Positions 35,521-37,318 of a DNA stretch of 37,318 nt are shown in pieces. The stretch is from Octopus bimaculoides. Taxonomy: Eukaryota. The stretch is taken from assembly GCF_001194135.2 (NCBI RefSeq), contig NC_068983.1:65873633-65910950 (forward strand), read 5' to 3'. The notes below the pieces were generated by a model that did no database searches, was not told the origin of the DNA, and was given only the letters and a program-made list of their open reading frames with translations. The stretch's first letter is position 1. Every line of letters starts with the position of its first letter. Made by a program: the position numbers and the translations under genes.

Positions 35521-35910
35521 TTTGAATAAATAGCACACGGAATTAATATCGCCACACTATCCAATTGTAATAACAAAATACAAACAACCTATTGGAATTT
35601 ACATACCATGCACAAGAGGCCTCTCTACACATTCTACACAGCACTTTGTTTGGATAATGGAACTGCAACTGTAACATCCAAAATATATTTTAATTTTTAT
35701 TTTCATATTTCCTTTTATACTTCCTATATCCTTCCCTTCCCAAAATAACTTATATTGAACTCTACTATTTCCTTCTATTTAACTCACTTATATCGTCTCT
35801 AATGATGGAATAACCTTTATAACCCTGAAACAGCTGTAAGACTACTTTTTTTCTTTATAGATGTCCTAGAAATTTCACACTGCCTTGGCTTTGTTGTCTC
35901 ATTTTATTTA
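35521..35910 (+). mobile_element. Inverted pseudo-LTR of a Penelope-like element
   Basis: Starts with LNK*HTELIS (cf. the PLE C-terminal LNKRSELIS), followed by an AT-rich UTR containing a hammerhead motif. Opposite orientation to 34650-35341. Confidence 0.6.
35795..35842 (+). ncRNA. Minimal type I hammerhead ribozyme motif (core-mutated)
   Basis: GTCT [stem I] CTAATGA [CUGANGA with G5>A] stem II region GAAA C-AGCT-G TA [GUA site, palindromic helix III] AGAC [stem I']. Confidence 0.7.
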
Positions 35911-36049
35911 ACATATACACGCTCACACACGACCTATGTTACACTCTGCACTCATACTATTATCGAACTGGGACTCTAACTACGGTCCGTCTGTAGCACT
36001 TATATACCCTTACCTGCTATTTTGGGTTTTCTGAATACCAAAACCTCTC

Positions 36050-36092
<43 letters not shown>

Positions 36093-37098
36093 NNNNNNNN
36101 NNNNNNNNNNNNNNNNNNNNNNNNNNNNNNNNNNNNNNNNNNATATACACACATTCATACATACATACATACATACATACATACATAATACACATATCTT
36201 TTTATATGTGTATGCATATATACATACATATCGTACGCACGTATGTACTACTCAAATATATGTGTGTGTGTTTGAGTGAGTATATATATATATAAATGTG
36301 TTTGTTTATACATACGTATGTATTTGTGTATGTGATTTAAGAATTTTGCGATATTACAACAAAAAAATAGAAGTACAACCTAATAAAAAGAACTCGATAC
36401 TATTTTATAATGTAGCAGAGTATTATATATTCATTTATTAAAGCTAAAAGTATTGGATAAAGATCACCACATTCACGAAAGATAGAAACTGAGGCACCCT
36501 TGTCAGCGTTCAATAATTTCAAGTTATATATGTGTGTATGTATGCATTTATGCATGTAAGTATGTATGTAAGTAAGTATGTATGTATGTATGCATGCATG
36601 TGTGGGGTTGTGTAAATATGTGTACGCGCGAATATGTATACGGTTATCGCTTCACGTTATCGACCTTATCAATTGAATAGTTTCCATTTATTTTAAATTA
36701 GATACATTTCGGTCAACATTTTAGATTGATAGACAAAATCGACATTTAATCTTCAAGGAATTGCCACACTTCAATATTCAGATTTCAAGTATGTTTGTAC
36801 TAGTGGACTGTATGTGTGTGTATGTGTGTGCATGCGGGCGCATGTGTATGTGTCCATGCTCGCACCTCTGTGTGTATGAGTGTATGTTCGTGATGATGTG
36901 ATTGTTACCAACCACACTGAAAATTTCAATAAAATTTACATTTAAGTATTAAGAAGATAAAAAATAAATATCGTCGTTTGCTTTGAAATTGCTTTATTAT
37001 ATATTTTGCGCTTTATATTTGTAGTTTTTGCTGTTACGAGTTTATAAACTCTTGATAATAATAAAGTATTTTGGGATGAAATTGTTGCTGTATGATAA

Positions 37099-37099
<1 letters not shown>

Positions 37100-37157
<58 letters not shown>
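37100..37157. repeat. (CA)n microsatellite
   Basis: Pure run. Confidence 0.97.
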
Positions 37158-37159
<2 letters not shown>

Positions 37160-37318
37160 TATATATAAATCGTTAAACGAAAAAGAAAAGTAATCTGTTA
37201 TTTTTAAATATGAAAGTTTTCCATCAAAAGGATACTTACAGGATTCATATTCTCATGAGGATCAAAAATTGATCCAAGTTATTCGATTAATGTCCACAGC
37301 TGATGTTTTTCTACTTTT

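Noticed and set aside
37240-37318. Minus-strand exon ending at a GTAAGT donor near the window end
   Set aside because: All frames have stops within the visible 80 bp. It cannot be supported without flanking sequence.

Overview
This is repeat-rich, AT-rich eukaryotic DNA from a gapped draft assembly (10 N runs). The SINE families, the dense (CA)/(TA)/(AAT) microsatellites and the overall style resemble an octopus genome, but that is an inference from recall. I recognise no host protein-coding exon, tRNA, rRNA or CRISPR array, and most ORFs in the track are translations of microsatellites. The window is a layered set of mobile elements: an 830-bp foldback DNA element with an 8-bp TSD and head-to-head telomeric repeats (302-1131); a 5'-truncated Tx1/L1 LINE flanked by >100-bp direct repeats (1791-3500); three different Penelope-like elements (about 5150-7260, 30295-33900 and 34650-35910); two mariners; a probable piggyBac relic; two Helitrons; four tRNA-SINE copies; and a large interrupted inverted duplication (16735-20075). 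The best leads are (1) an in-register HIV-type U UUU UUA slippery site joining an upstream ORF to the RT-endonuclease frame of a Penelope element, (2) the telomere-repeat foldback element, (3) the very long apparent TSD of the Tx1 copy, (4) the inverted duplication whose second arm preserves the empty site of a Helitron dimer, and (5) a minimal hammerhead ribozyme in an inverted pseudo-LTR. All family assignments come from motif recognition by eye, with no database search.
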